From positions 766,720 to 830,719 of the forward strand of contig CBDDTI010000746.1 in the NCBI GenBank assembly GCA_965233585.1: a stretch of 64,000 nt of DNA, given 5' to 3'. The notes under the pieces are model-generated. The model saw nothing but the letters and a program-made list of their open reading frames with translations, had not been told where the DNA came from and did not search any database. Source of the DNA: a bacterium (GTDB lineage: Bacteria; SAR324; NAC60-12). Of this stretch, positions 31,066-42,151 are shown in pieces. Numbering within the stretch: position 1 is the stretch's first letter; every line of letters begins with the position of its first letter. The translations under genes and the position numbers were made by a program.

Positions 31066-31809
31066 ATGCCAGATATTCAAGTCATTGTAAATGGTGCAAA
31101 GGGGAAGATGGGCAAAATTGCCATTGAATCCATTGAACAAACAACAAATCTTCATCTTGCAGGAAGCTGTGACTTGCATGATGACCTTTCATCATTGATT
31201 CAACAGACACAGGCACAGGTTGTTGTAGATTTTACCAATGCGTCTTGTGTGTTTGAAAATGCCCAAAGCATCATCAATGCAGGGGTTTCTCCTGTGATTG
31301 GCACAAGTGGTTTGTCTCAAGCACAAATTCAGTCTTTGCAAGAGATGTGTTGCAAGCAAAAAATAGGTGGTTTGATTGTGCCTAATTTTGCCATTGGTGC
31401 AGTGTTGATGATGCAATTTGCCAAACAAGCCGCACGTTACCTTCCCAACGTGGAAATCATTGAACTCCATCATCATCAAAAACTTGATGCCCCTTCTGGA
31501 ACAGCCTCAAAAACTGCAGAGCTGATTGCACAATCCAGACAACAACCACCCGAATCCACCCCAAATTATGAAGTCCATCAAGGAGCAAGAGGAGCAAGTT
31601 ACCAAGAGGTCTCTATCCATTCTGTCAGACTGCCGGGACTTGTTGCACACCAAGAAGTGATTTTTGGAGGGATTGGAGAAACCTTGACCATTCGGCATGA
31701 CTCCATGAGCCGTGAATCCTTCATGCACGGAATCGCACTAGCTTGTCAGCATGCACCCAAGCTCTCTCAATTACACTACGGACTGGAACATATTTTGGAT
31801 ATGATTTGA
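31066..31809 (+). CDS. dapB: 4-hydroxy-tetrahydrodipicolinate reductase
   Basis: GAKGKMG, IELHHHQKLDAPSGTA, HSVRLPG. Confidence 0.96.
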   Translation: MPDIQVIVNGAKGKMGKIAIESIEQTTNLHLAGSCDLHDDLSSLIQQTQAQVVVDFTNASCVFENAQSIINAGVSPVIGTSGLSQAQIQSLQEMCCKQKIGGLIVPNFAIGAVLMMQFAKQAARYLPNVEIIELHHHQKLDAPSGTASKTAELIAQSRQQPPESTPNYEVHQGARGASYQEVSIHSVRLPGLVAHQEVIFGGIGETLTIRHDSMSRESFMHGIALACQHAPKLSQLHYGLEHILDMI

Positions 31810-31937
31810 CTTTTCTTGTTGATTTATCACTTCCCTGTTGATTCAACAGATTGGATCGCTCAAGAAGACTTTAGCTTTTTATCTTAGCGATTTTTGAAAA
31901 AATCAACTCATAATCAACTCATCAAATTGGTCAAGAC

Positions 31938-33311
31938 TTGCCTATCTTTGAACACAAATCTTTGGTCAAAAGACTCACCTATTTTGCTGATTTTCAAGCA
32001 GATTCACTTGCTATCAAGAGCAAAGACCACAGCTATTCTTATCAGCAACTTTTACAAAAAGCCATTGCATTAGGTCATTTTTTTAGCAATCAAACCCCCA
32101 TTGCAGGTCGTCTGCTTTTTTTATGTGAAGACCTCGCTGATGTTGTCCTTTGTGCATTAGGTTGTGCATTATCAAACAGAGCCTTTGCAGTGCTTCCCCC
32201 CTCTACACCTCTTCCTTTCTTGAAAGCCTGTCAAATGATGATTTGCCCTGATTTGACTTTGTCCAGTCAAAACATCAAGCACCTCATTTCTCAACAAAAC
32301 TCTACTGGCACAGAACACAATCATAATCCCAACGCCTTGTTTTATATTGGTTTGAGTTCAGGTTCAACAGGTTTGCCTAAAGCGGTTGTTAGAACACTGA
32401 CCTCGTGGGAGGAATCCTTCTGGCAACTGGAGCAAAGAATCAAATTGCAATCAAACAGCATGGTAGGAGTTTTGGGGACTCTCTCGTTTTCACTTCCTGT
32501 GTTTTCTGCATTGCAGACGATTTACAGCGGAGCTTGCCTTTGTCTTGCAAACTCTCAACATACAAGCCAAATGACGCATCTTTTTTCTGCCCCCGCTCCC
32601 CTAAAACTTTTCCTGACACGTTTTCAGGAAGCATCTTTGCCAAACTTAAAAATGTTGGTCATTGGTGGAGACTTTTGCACACGTGAAATTGTTCAGCTTA
32701 AACCTCCCCAAACGCAGATTGCTTATTTTTATGGAACGGTAGAGCTTTCTTTGATTGCATTGAAATTCTTGCAAGAAGACCATGCCGTGCCTCAAGTGGG
32801 AGATTTATTTGACGTAGTGGAGGTTTGTTTGGAAGGTGAACAAATTTTTGTCAAAAGTCGTCAATCTTGTGTGGGTTACTTGAGTCAAGGCAGGCTGAAG
32901 TCTTTTCCAGAATGGATTGCAACTGGGGATTTGGGAACTTTTGATGGAAATGGTCAACTTTGCCTTAAAGGCAGAATTGGAAGACAGTTTTTAGTTAACG
33001 GAGTGATTGTTTACCCTGAAGTCATAGAAAATCAGTTGAGACAACTGGAAGCGATTCAGCAATGTGTCATCTTTCAATCACAAACTAAATCAGGTTATGA
33101 CGAGCTGTGTGCTGTTTTGGTCACGAACCAAGACGTCAGCAAAAAAGGACTCAAGCACGCATGCCAGAAATTCCTGCCAGCGTCACAAATTCCCAAACGT
33201 TTTTTTCTTGCAGAATCACTTCCCCAAACACATTCTGGGAAGATAGATTTTTTGAAAATTCAAAAAGACCCTCTTTTTTTGCAAAATTGCATCGCTTTGT
33301 CATGGCATTGA
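31938..33311 (+). CDS. AMP-binding acyl-CoA synthetase (YhfT-like)
   Basis: SSGSTGLPKA, FYGTVE, TGDLG, PQTHSGKI. Confidence 0.85.
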   Translation: MPIFEHKSLVKRLTYFADFQADSLAIKSKDHSYSYQQLLQKAIALGHFFSNQTPIAGRLLFLCEDLADVVLCALGCALSNRAFAVLPPSTPLPFLKACQMMICPDLTLSSQNIKHLISQQNSTGTEHNHNPNALFYIGLSSGSTGLPKAVVRTLTSWEESFWQLEQRIKLQSNSMVGVLGTLSFSLPVFSALQTIYSGACLCLANSQHTSQMTHLFSAPAPLKLFLTRFQEASLPNLKMLVIGGDFCTREIVQLKPPQTQIAYFYGTVELSLIALKFLQEDHAVPQVGDLFDVVEVCLEGEQIFVKSRQSCVGYLSQGRLKSFPEWIATGDLGTFDGNGQLCLKGRIGRQFLVNGVIVYPEVIENQLRQLEAIQQCVIFQSQTKSGYDELCAVLVTNQDVSKKGLKHACQKFLPASQIPKRFFLAESLPQTHSGKIDFLKIQKDPLFLQNCIALSWH

Positions 33312-34423
33312 TCGTTGCAGCAAAACGCACGGCACTTGGCAAGGTCAATGGCATGTTCCGTCATACTCCTGCAGAAGACCTCGTTGCCCCTTTGATAAAA
33401 ACGCTCATCAAACAAACTCATGCTCCTGTGGATTGTGTCATTTTAGGCAATGTGCTTGGAGATGGAAACCTTGCAAGACTTGCAACACTGCAAGCCAATT
33501 TAGGCTGGAACGTCCCTGCACTCACCATTGACACGCAATGTTGCTCTGGGCTTGACGCCATTGTCACAGCAGCGGCTTATGTAGAGAGTGGCAAAAGTGC
33601 CTGTTGTTTAGCTGGCGGTGTGGAAAGCATCAGCCTTGCCCCCAAACGTATGAGAAAGCATGCCCCTGAATTGGAAGAATGGACAGAATACAAACAAGCC
33701 CAATTCAGCCCAGATCATCTTGGCAATCCTGGAATGGGACAAGCCGCAGAAGCAATCGCCCAAACATTCAATATTTCAAGAGAAGTACAAGATGCTTATG
33801 CTTTGCAAAGTTACCAAAAAACATTGGCGTCCCGTGTGAAGCATCAGCAAGAAATTGTTCCGATTCTAGGAACTCAAAGCCTTGTTGATGAACTTCCCAG
33901 AACCATGACATTACCACTGCTCAGACGATGTCCTCCTGCATTTGTCAAAGATGGAACTGTGACCGCAGGCAATTCATGTGCCGATGCAGATGGAGCCTCT
34001 CTGGTGTTGGTGATGTCTGAAGCATTAGCAACATCTCTTCAACTGGATAAAGCCTTACAAATTTTAGGAACTGCATCGGTTGGGACAGACCCAAATCTGT
34101 TAGCATTGGCTCCCGTTTTGGTGATGGAACAACTGCAGAACAAAGGCATGCAAATAGACAAGCTAGATTTAGTGGAACTCAATGAGGCGTTTGCAGTCAA
34201 AGCATTGGTCTTTCTGCAAAAAACGGGGATTACTCCCGAACTTCTCAATCCAAGAGGTGGAGCTATTGCTTTGGGACATGCCTACGGTGCGTCTGGGGCA
34301 AGTTTGATAGTGCGAGCATTTTATGAAGTCTTTGAACCCCAAGCATCTATCAAACAAGGGGTTGCTGTTTTGGCAGCAGGAGGGGGCATTGGCACAGGAA
34401 TTTGGTTTAAAAAGTGGAAGTAA
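33302..34423 (+). CDS. thiolase family protein (YhfS-like)
   Basis: QCCSGL, AGGVES, TVTAGN, ELNEAFA, GHAYGASG. Start moved to ATG 33302. Confidence 0.88.
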   Translation: MALIVAAKRTALGKVNGMFRHTPAEDLVAPLIKTLIKQTHAPVDCVILGNVLGDGNLARLATLQANLGWNVPALTIDTQCCSGLDAIVTAAAYVESGKSACCLAGGVESISLAPKRMRKHAPELEEWTEYKQAQFSPDHLGNPGMGQAAEAIAQTFNISREVQDAYALQSYQKTLASRVKHQQEIVPILGTQSLVDELPRTMTLPLLRRCPPAFVKDGTVTAGNSCADADGASLVLVMSEALATSLQLDKALQILGTASVGTDPNLLALAPVLVMEQLQNKGMQIDKLDLVELNEAFAVKALVFLQKTGITPELLNPRGGAIALGHAYGASGASLIVRAFYEVFEPQASIKQGVAVLAAGGGIGTGIWFKKWK

Positions 34424-34447
34424 TTTTTTAAAAATAAAAACATGGCT

Positions 34448-35215
34448 CTAATATGATTCTATCGTGTGAATCATGCGTTTTTCTTTCTTTTGAAAAAGCA
34501 TTAAAAACTCTTGATTGTTGCTTTTTTTACCACGGACGGGAGACTCTGTTGAGGCAAGGCATTCCAAATCAGAATCACATGCAGATTGAATGGTCTGTTG
34601 GCAGACTCGTTGGTGGGTTTCCTGACTTTTAACTGTGCCTCCTTTGCCAACTTCCTGACGACCTGCCTCAAATTGAGGTTTCACTAAAGCAATCACATGT
34701 CCCCCTTCTTCTAGCAAAGCCGACACTTTGGGGAAAACCAACTGCAAAGAAATGAAAGAAACATCAATAACGACTAATTGAATGCTATCTTGAAGGTGAG
34801 CAGGTTCAAAATATCGGATATTCGTGCGTTCAATCACCACGACACGCGGGTCTTGCCTCATTTGCCAAGCTAGTTGACCATATCCCACATCAAGGGCAAA
34901 CACACGTTTTGCACCATGCTCAAGCAGACAATGTGTAAAACCACCTGTTGACGCACCCACGTCCAATGCTGTCAGATTTTTAGGAGAAAACTGGAAGTCT
35001 TTCAAGGCATGTTCTAGCTTTAAACCGCCACGGCTCACATAGGGATATTCCTGTGGAACAATCCTTAAATTTGCATCAGACGCCACAAGTTTACCTGCTT
35101 TTTCTTCTTTGTGATTTTCTATAAACACAGCACCTGACATGATGAGGGCTTGAGCTTTTTGTTTGGATTGGACAAAGCCCCGTTCTAACAACACTTGGTC
35201 AAGGCGTTTTTTCAT
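34448..35215 (-). CDS. tlyA: TlyA family rRNA methyltransferase
   Basis: S4 domain, YVSRGGLKL, DVGASTGGFT, DVSFISL, KPQFEAG. Confidence 0.95.
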   Translation of the reverse strand: MKKRLDQVLLERGFVQSKQKAQALIMSGAVFIENHKEEKAGKLVASDANLRIVPQEYPYVSRGGLKLEHALKDFQFSPKNLTALDVGASTGGFTHCLLEHGAKRVFALDVGYGQLAWQMRQDPRVVVIERTNIRYFEPAHLQDSIQLVVIDVSFISLQLVFPKVSALLEEGGHVIALVKPQFEAGRQEVGKGGTVKSQETHQRVCQQTIQSACDSDLECLASTESPVRGKKSNNQEFLMLFQKKEKRMIHTIESY

Positions 35216-36534
35216 GAAAAGAAGATACGAATGACGTCATTGTACGTGACTAACAGCATCAAAAGCACCAGTGTAGAAAATCCAACAAATTGCAGTTTTT
35301 CACGCACGGCAAGACTCATGGGTTTCCCAAGAACATATTCCACCCCAAGCAAAAAGATATGCCCACCATCAAGTGCAGGAATGGGTAGAAGGTTCAAGAT
35401 TCCAAGTTGCAAGCTAATCAATGCCATCACCATCAGCAAATCATTGACTCCACTCCTTGCCGCTTGCCCGATGTACGAACCAATTTGAATTGGTCCCCCA
35501 ACATGGTCCAAAGAAGCATTGCCTGTGACCACTGTCTTTAAAAAAGAAAAAATCCCAAGCGTTCCTGTTACAAGTTGGTTCGTTCCCATAGCAACAGACT
35601 CGCCCAAAGAATAAGACTGCACAGAGCTTTCCATCAGCGGGCTAATCCCAATCAAATACTGATTCCTTTGAGTATGAAAATAAGGTTTTAATGACAATAA
35701 TACTTCCTGACCATCACGACTGACTAAGACATCAATCTCTTTGGCTTCTTGAGTTTGTAAAGACTGTGTTGCTTGAATTTTAAATGCAATGTCATACCAA
35801 GAATCAACAGGTTGCTGATTGATTTGTAAGACGCGGTCATTGACCAAAAACCCTGATTTTTCAGCTGGAGAGTCAGGAGAAAAACTGCCGATGGTAGGAG
35901 CCACGTAATGTCCCCAATTATAGTCTTGGGGTAGTTGCAAACGGTCTTGGACTTCAATCAAGCGACTGTCTCGCTGAAGCACTACCTTGAAAGAATCTGT
36001 GCTGCCTTGTGGCAAAAGTTGGTATAAGTCTGACCATGTTTTGACGTCCTGACCTTGGGCTTGAACAATGAGGTCACCCACTTGAAAAGATTGACGTTGC
36101 ACAAAACTCCCTTCAGGAACAGTTGCAATCACAGGTGATTCATTGAGATATTTGGGAGTTTCTAGTCCTGACCAGTAAATGAAAGGCATCAAAAGAAAAG
36201 CAAAGGCAAGGTTCATCAAAGGACCTGCAACCAAAATATAAAACCGCTGCCATTTTGTTTTAGAGGCATAGTTACTGGGATTATCTGGTTCTTCATCGTC
36301 ACTGTTCTGTCCAAACAAACGGACGTAGCCCCCCAGTGGAATCCATGAAATACAATATTCTGTTGTCCCAAAACGTTCTGAATGGATTCTTTTACTCCAA
36401 ATTTTTGGAGGAAATCCTATTGAAAATTCATCAACGCGAACGCCAACATGCCTTGCCGCCAAGAAATGCCCCATCTCGTGAATAAAAACCAGAAATCCTA
36501 AAACAAGAATGAAAGTGATGATTGTCAGTAACAT
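35212..36534 (-). CDS. rseP: RIP metalloprotease RseP
   Basis: HEMGH, PLGGYV, two PDZ domains, NLLPIPALDGGH. Confidence 0.95.
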   Translation of the reverse strand: MLLTIITFILVLGFLVFIHEMGHFLAARHVGVRVDEFSIGFPPKIWSKRIHSERFGTTEYCISWIPLGGYVRLFGQNSDDEEPDNPSNYASKTKWQRFYILVAGPLMNLAFAFLLMPFIYWSGLETPKYLNESPVIATVPEGSFVQRQSFQVGDLIVQAQGQDVKTWSDLYQLLPQGSTDSFKVVLQRDSRLIEVQDRLQLPQDYNWGHYVAPTIGSFSPDSPAEKSGFLVNDRVLQINQQPVDSWYDIAFKIQATQSLQTQEAKEIDVLVSRDGQEVLLSLKPYFHTQRNQYLIGISPLMESSVQSYSLGESVAMGTNQLVTGTLGIFSFLKTVVTGNASLDHVGGPIQIGSYIGQAARSGVNDLLMVMALISLQLGILNLLPIPALDGGHIFLLGVEYVLGKPMSLAVREKLQFVGFSTLVLLMLLVTYNDVIRIFFS

Positions 36535-36713
36535 GATTTAAATTGAATAAAGGTCAGTATGAAAGCATTTTGGAATGCTTAAAATTGGTTTGTTGCTAAA
36601 AATCAAGAGGCAAAAGTTATTAAATCTTTAGTTATAGATTGTATAAATTATAGGTTTTACAAAATATTTTGAAAAATTTTCTTGCAGGTAAATATAATTT
36701 TGATGTCTATTCA

Positions 36714-37376
36714 TTATTGGATTTTTTTTAATAACATAAAACTTTCTGCATATTTACATCCGGCTATTGCACCACGAAAAGTTGCAAGAGCTTCTATATT
36801 TTTTATACTTCTCGGAAATGGATGATCTTCAATTTCATTTTTAAAAATTTGCATAATTTTTATTTTTTCATCTATAAATTGAGTAATATCTACAAATACA
36901 TTAGGTATAAAAGCATTTTCTTGACTACTCGGAGCAAACTCTGTTTCACTTAAAATCTCCATCATGTAAATAGTTTTCAAATAAGGGTATCTAAAAGATT
37001 TGCTACAACTAAAAGCAGCATCAAAAATTTTTCTATGATCAGAATGTATATCATGCTTAAATGGCAAATATAAAACGCTAGGTTCAATCTTTTGGATTAC
37101 TTTAGATATTTTATCAACAAGATATTTCATACTGTATTCATCAACACGCATAGTACTTAAACCTAAGTAATGCACACTGTCAAAATTATAAAGATCAGAA
37201 ACAATTTCAATCTCTTTTTGTCTGGTTTTAAAATTTTCACTATTTTTATCTTCTACTTGTGTAGCAATCAACCAATGAATATGATCACCATTTTTTCTGT
37301 GCTTCAGTAAAGTCCCACCAGCGCCCAAAGTTTCATCATCAGGATGTACAGCTAAAACCAAAATACTATGGCTCAT
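36714..37376 (-). CDS. PIG-L/LmbE family de-N-acetylase
   Basis: AVHPDDETLGAGG, DIHSDH, HPFPRS, AESF. Confidence 0.9.
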   Translation of the reverse strand: MSHSILVLAVHPDDETLGAGGTLLKHRKNGDHIHWLIATQVEDKNSENFKTRQKEIEIVSDLYNFDSVHYLGLSTMRVDEYSMKYLVDKISKVIQKIEPSVLYLPFKHDIHSDHRKIFDAAFSCSKSFRYPYLKTIYMMEILSETEFAPSSQENAFIPNVFVDITQFIDEKIKIMQIFKNEIEDHPFPRSIKNIEALATFRGAIAGCKYAESFMLLKKIQ

Positions 37377-38248
37377 AGATAATCTCCTATTTGAGGCAAC
37401 GGTTTAAACTCATGTTTTATAATTCTTATTGCTTTATCATAGCATTTCACTGTGATCATATCATTTTTAACTTCCAGCACTTTCCCATGCTCTATATTAG
37501 AAATTTGGCAATCTACTTCTTCAACTTGCCAAATACTAATTTCTTGACTCTTATATATCAAAAAAGCTCCAGGGTAAGGCTTATGTAATGCTCTTACTAA
37601 GTTATAAATGGCTCTACCAGTCATTCTAAAATCAATTAAACCATCTTTTTTAGATCGTTTACGCCATATATTAGACTGGCTATCATCTTGTATGACACTT
37701 TGATAATTATCATTTTGTAATTTGGGCAAAAAATCTTCTACTTGAGATAAGGCAATACGAGTCATTTTATCATACAAACTTTGTGCATTATCTTCATAAG
37801 TAATGTCAAAATCAACTTGAGACAATATACTTCCACTATCAGCACCTTCGTCCATTAAAAAAAACGTAGAAGCACTATTTTCCAATCCTAATACTAAAGC
37901 CCATATTAAAGGATGCCTGCCTCTATTTTTTGGTAATTTTGATGGATGATAACCAACTGTAGGAGCTATGTTAAGCACGTCTTTTGTAAGTAAAAAAGAC
38001 CAACCAAAACAAAATATGAAATCTGGCTTTAAAGATTGAATCCATTCAATATTTTCTTTATCATTGATATTGCCAATGTATTTATAAGGAATAGATACTT
38101 TATCACAAATGAAAGACAGATCACAAAAATCAGTATTAAAAGAAGATTTTTTTTTAGTACCAACTCCAACTATATTTGCTTCAAGATCAATTAATTTTTC
38201 TAAGATTTTTAAAGAAAATAAAACTGATCCTACAAATAATATTCTCAT
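37373..38248 (-). CDS. sugar N-formyltransferase (Fmt-like)
   Basis: GYHPSKLPKNRGRHP, DEGADSG, and Fmt C-terminal RALHKPYPGA. Confidence 0.88.
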   Translation of the reverse strand: MRILFVGSVLFSLKILEKLIDLEANIVGVGTKKKSSFNTDFCDLSFICDKVSIPYKYIGNINDKENIEWIQSLKPDFIFCFGWSFLLTKDVLNIAPTVGYHPSKLPKNRGRHPLIWALVLGLENSASTFFLMDEGADSGSILSQVDFDITYEDNAQSLYDKMTRIALSQVEDFLPKLQNDNYQSVIQDDSQSNIWRKRSKKDGLIDFRMTGRAIYNLVRALHKPYPGAFLIYKSQEISIWQVEEVDCQISNIEHGKVLEVKNDMITVKCYDKAIRIIKHEFKPLPQIGDYL

Positions 38249-38254
38249 TTTATA

Positions 38255-39424
38255 TTAAAAATTTATATCAAAAAATGATTTTTTTAAAATATTTTTTAAA
38301 TTGATAGACTTTAGAATTTTAACAACTTCCTCACTAGGATATTTGCTATTATCATAAGGATTTTTTACTTGATCAAGCGTTGATTTAAAATCTTTAGAAA
38401 ATGCTGTTTCAAATGCTTTTTTAATAGATAAAGTATCAGGTGTACAATCAATTACACTATCAGCTTTGATTCTACCTTTTTGCCGATCTCCCATATTTAT
38501 AGTTGGTATTTTAAAAGATGGAACTTCTATCAATCCACTAGAACTATTACCTATTACAGCATCTACAAATTGCAAAGTACTTAAATATCTCAATTGTCCT
38601 AAAGAAGTAAAAGCTATTGATTTATTCTTATGAATATCAACAAACTCATCTATCATCCTATTGATGATTCTACCATCAGTATCACTATTTGTTTTTGTAA
38701 AAATAATATGCGTTTTCTCTAAAGATTCGAGAACTTCTAAAAGATTAGCAAATTGTGTTTCAGCTGTGTTTTTTTCTAAAGTGACTGGATGAAAAGTGAC
38801 TAAAATATTTTTTTCAGCAAGTTTAAAATTGATACTCTTTTCAAACTCTTCTCTATTTAGAAGAGTTAACTTTTTAATATTTTCTATTCCCATTCCACCT
38901 ACATTAAAAACATGTTTAGGATTTTCACCTAACTGAATCACACGTTTTCTATAATCATGAGTTGCTACAAAATGCAAATGACTCATCTTAGTTAGACTAT
39001 GACGAATAGGTTCATCAATTAAACCTTGCGTAGCTTCTCCTCCATGAATATGGGCAATAGGAATGTTGGCTATCATTGCAGCACTAGCTGCTGCAAAAAT
39101 TTCATAACGATCTCCCAAAATGACAAGAACATTAGGTTTTAATTCCTCAAAGCATTCACTAAAAGAAATAGTTGCTAATCCCATAGATTTGGCTATTCCT
39201 ATTGCAGTATCTGAAGAAAGCAACATCTCTATTTTTTTAGAAATCAAAAAACCATCTTTCTCTATGACTCTATAAGTCATCCCAAATTCCGGACTTAAAT
39301 GCATTCCCGTAACAACTAACTGTAGTAATAAATGTTCGTCCTGATCTATAGCTTTGATTAACCAATACAACAAACCATATTCTGCTCTTGTACCGGTAAT
39401 GACACAAATTTTTTTAGGGATCAT
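38255..39424 (-). CDS. neuC: hydrolysing NDP-sugar 2-epimerase (NeuC/LegG)
   Basis: TGTRAEYGLL, TGMHLSPEFG, LGDRYE, HIHGGE, GNSSSG. Confidence 0.92.
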   Translation of the reverse strand: MIPKKICVITGTRAEYGLLYWLIKAIDQDEHLLLQLVVTGMHLSPEFGMTYRVIEKDGFLISKKIEMLLSSDTAIGIAKSMGLATISFSECFEELKPNVLVILGDRYEIFAAASAAMIANIPIAHIHGGEATQGLIDEPIRHSLTKMSHLHFVATHDYRKRVIQLGENPKHVFNVGGMGIENIKKLTLLNREEFEKSINFKLAEKNILVTFHPVTLEKNTAETQFANLLEVLESLEKTHIIFTKTNSDTDGRIINRMIDEFVDIHKNKSIAFTSLGQLRYLSTLQFVDAVIGNSSSGLIEVPSFKIPTINMGDRQKGRIKADSVIDCTPDTLSIKKAFETAFSKDFKSTLDQVKNPYDNSKYPSEEVVKILKSINLKNILKKSFFDINF

Positions 39425-40428
39425 ATCAAATCATCTTTTTGATAATCTTTTTTTGCCATACTGCCTACAATTTCATCCCAACACATAGGAGATATTCCGC
39501 TTCCTGGTCTTTTAACCGCTAATTTTTCTTCAGTCAGTAGTTCTCCTTTTTGAATTGAACAATCTGCAACAATAGATTTTCTTACAATTTTCATATTTGA
39601 GGTTTCACTCGGACTTGGTGCTTTGATACCATCACCTAAAGCAACTTCAATATTTCTTATAGCTTTGACCATTGCTTCCAATTCACTAGGTTCTAAAGAT
39701 GCTTTATGATCAGGTCCTTTCATATTGTTATCTAAAGTGAAGTGTTTTTCTATAACACTTGCTCCTAAAGTCACAGCAGCAATTGGTATCTCTATCCCTA
39801 AAGTATGATCACTATATCCATAGTTTACATCCAATGCTTTTCCTATCGTTACCATTGCTTTTAAATTGACATCTTCTATAGGAGTAGGATATTGAGTGTT
39901 GGCGTGTAGCACAGTGATATTGTTTTTATCTGTGCCAGCATTTGTTAAAATATCCAATGCCTGTTCTATTTCTCCAAGTGTTGCCATACCTGTAGATACA
40001 ATCACTTTCTTTTTCAAAGCACCTATTTTTCTCAAATAAGGGAGATTGGTGATTTCTCCACTAGGTATCTTAAATATCTCAAGTCCTAAATTTTGCAACA
40101 AATCTATACTATCTAAATCAAAAGGAGTGGATAGAAATAAGATATTTTTAGCTTGGCAATACCCAATTAATTCTTTGTGCATGTCTTCGTTAAGTTCCAA
40201 AGATTTGAGCATTTCATATTGAGATTGTCGTTGACCGGTAGTTTCATTCTGATAGGCAGCTTTTGGAGCATTTTTGCTGGCTATTGCATCAGCAGTAAAG
40301 GTTTGAAATTTGACTGCATTAGCTCCAACTTGTGTTGCTATATCAATGAGTTTCTTAGCAGTATCTAAACATCCATTGTGATTCACTCCTGCTTCCACAA
40401 TGATGAAGGTTTTGTTATAGGAAATCAT
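39421..40428 (-). CDS. neuB: nonulosonate synthase (NeuB/LegI)
   Basis: EAGVNHNG, KFQTF, KIPSGEITN, GYSDHT, EKHFTL, GPDH, and an AFP-like C-terminus. Confidence 0.93.
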   Translation of the reverse strand: MISYNKTFIIVEAGVNHNGCLDTAKKLIDIATQVGANAVKFQTFTADAIASKNAPKAAYQNETTGQRQSQYEMLKSLELNEDMHKELIGYCQAKNILFLSTPFDLDSIDLLQNLGLEIFKIPSGEITNLPYLRKIGALKKKVIVSTGMATLGEIEQALDILTNAGTDKNNITVLHANTQYPTPIEDVNLKAMVTIGKALDVNYGYSDHTLGIEIPIAAVTLGASVIEKHFTLDNNMKGPDHKASLEPSELEAMVKAIRNIEVALGDGIKAPSPSETSNMKIVRKSIVADCSIQKGELLTEEKLAVKRPGSGISPMCWDEIVGSMAKKDYQKDDLI

Positions 40429-42131
40429 TTTTGAATCAAGAAATCGTTGATAACCATATACTTTAAACCACTGTTAAAAAATGTAGTCAAAGCATCATCT
40501 GGAGAATTAACGATAGGTTCACCATTGATATTAAAGGAAGTGTTGAGTGCAATAGGAAAGTTAGAGATTTTACCAATTTCTAAAAGAATATTATAAAATT
40601 TCTCATTGTGTTCTTTTTTTACAGTTTGAAGTCTTGCAGAGCCATCAACATGTGTTATAGCAGGGAGTTTATGTCTGTAATCTAATCTAACAGGAACCAC
40701 CTTTTCCATAAAAAAACATTCATAACCTTCTTCTACATCAAAATATTCATGACTTTTTTCATAAATTATAGCGGGGGCAAATGGTCGATAACTTTCTCTA
40801 TATTTAATAATACTATTGATTTCATCTTTTATACCTTCTTTTGTAGGATCTGCAAGTATTGATCTATTACCTAAAGCACGTTCTCCAAATTCCATTTTTC
40901 CATCAAAATGAGCAACTATTTCTCCACTAGTAATTAATTCAGCAATAGTTTTCGGTGAATTGTCTAATAATTCATATTTAATATTTCTTTTTTGTAGAGA
41001 CTTTTCAATGCTTCTACTATTAAAAGAAGGTCCTAAATAGCTTGAATTGAATGAGTAATCTCTTTTTTGAGATTTAATACAGTGTGCTACATAAAGCGCT
41101 GCTCCTATACTATTACCGACATCAGATGGAGAATGAGAAATATACAAGTTGTTAAATGGAGTTTTTTCTAAAATTTTACCGTTATAAACTGAATTCATAA
41201 AAAATCCACCTCCAACTACTAAATTTTTAGATTGAGTGATTTTATACAAATGTTCAAGTGTATGAGAGGCTATTTCTTCAGAAACTATCTGCATGGCTTT
41301 TGCAACTTTTATTTTCCATTCATTAATCTCTTTATCTTTCATATAAAGATGACCTTCAAGCAAGTCTATTAGTTTATCAGTGTATAAATTAGGTTGTTCA
41401 ACTAAAGCTCCTTTGTAGTACGATTGATCTAGTACAAAAGTACCATTTTCAGTTAGCTCAAAGGTGCTTTTGATCTTATTTATGAAATCTTTACATTCTA
41501 TATTAAAAGCAGAAAGTGCCATAACTTTCCATTCATCATTATCGGGACGATAGCCTAGCATCTCTGTATAGGTAGCATAAAACATTCCTAATGAATTAGG
41601 TACGTTTTGTGTTAATAGAGTTGTTATATTATTTTCTTTTCCGATAGCTAAAGTGAGGCATTCCAGTTCTCCTTGATAATCTAAGGTACAAATGGCAGCT
41701 TCTTCAAATGGTGATAAAAAAAAAGCATTAGAAGCATGACATCTGTGATGTTGAACATAATAGATTGGAGGTATTTCGCTACCATTTGGAAAATCCATAT
41801 AAACCCAATCTTTAGGTGCTCTATCAACTAAATTAAACAAATTGTCTGTTATTGAATAAAAATAATCTTCTCTTTTAATTCTGTTAGCAGAAATAAAAGG
41901 ATTATATTTAACCCAAGCCGCCCCCGGATTCCAAGATTGTGCAATATAATCAATATCTCTTAATTTTAAGTGATTGACTTCTAAACAAAATCTAATTGAT
42001 AAGTTCGGAAATTTATTAGTTTGCTTTTGTCTGCTAAATCTTTCTTCAGGAGAAGCTGATATTATTTTTCCAGACTTATACAAAGCCGCGGAAGAATTGA
42101 TTTCCCCATGATTCAATCCAAGGATTAACAT
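40425..42131 (-). CDS. NodU/CmcH family carbamoyltransferase
   Basis: EERFSR, HHRCHA, EWKVMALS, EFGERALGNRSIL, RPFAP, HVDGSARLQ, NTSFN. Confidence 0.92.
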   Translation of the reverse strand: MLILGLNHGEINSSAALYKSGKIISASPEERFSRQKQTNKFPNLSIRFCLEVNHLKLRDIDYIAQSWNPGAAWVKYNPFISANRIKREDYFYSITDNLFNLVDRAPKDWVYMDFPNGSEIPPIYYVQHHRCHASNAFFLSPFEEAAICTLDYQGELECLTLAIGKENNITTLLTQNVPNSLGMFYATYTEMLGYRPDNDEWKVMALSAFNIECKDFINKIKSTFELTENGTFVLDQSYYKGALVEQPNLYTDKLIDLLEGHLYMKDKEINEWKIKVAKAMQIVSEEIASHTLEHLYKITQSKNLVVGGGFFMNSVYNGKILEKTPFNNLYISHSPSDVGNSIGAALYVAHCIKSQKRDYSFNSSYLGPSFNSRSIEKSLQKRNIKYELLDNSPKTIAELITSGEIVAHFDGKMEFGERALGNRSILADPTKEGIKDEINSIIKYRESYRPFAPAIIYEKSHEYFDVEEGYECFFMEKVVPVRLDYRHKLPAITHVDGSARLQTVKKEHNEKFYNILLEIGKISNFPIALNTSFNINGEPIVNSPDDALTTFFNSGLKYMVINDFLIQK

Positions 42132-42151
42132 ATATCTTTAATTATTATTTT

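Noticed and set aside
33107..33301. N-terminal extension of the thiolase given in the ORF track
   Set aside because: It lies within the CoA-ligase gene. Thiolase similarity starts at ATG 33302.
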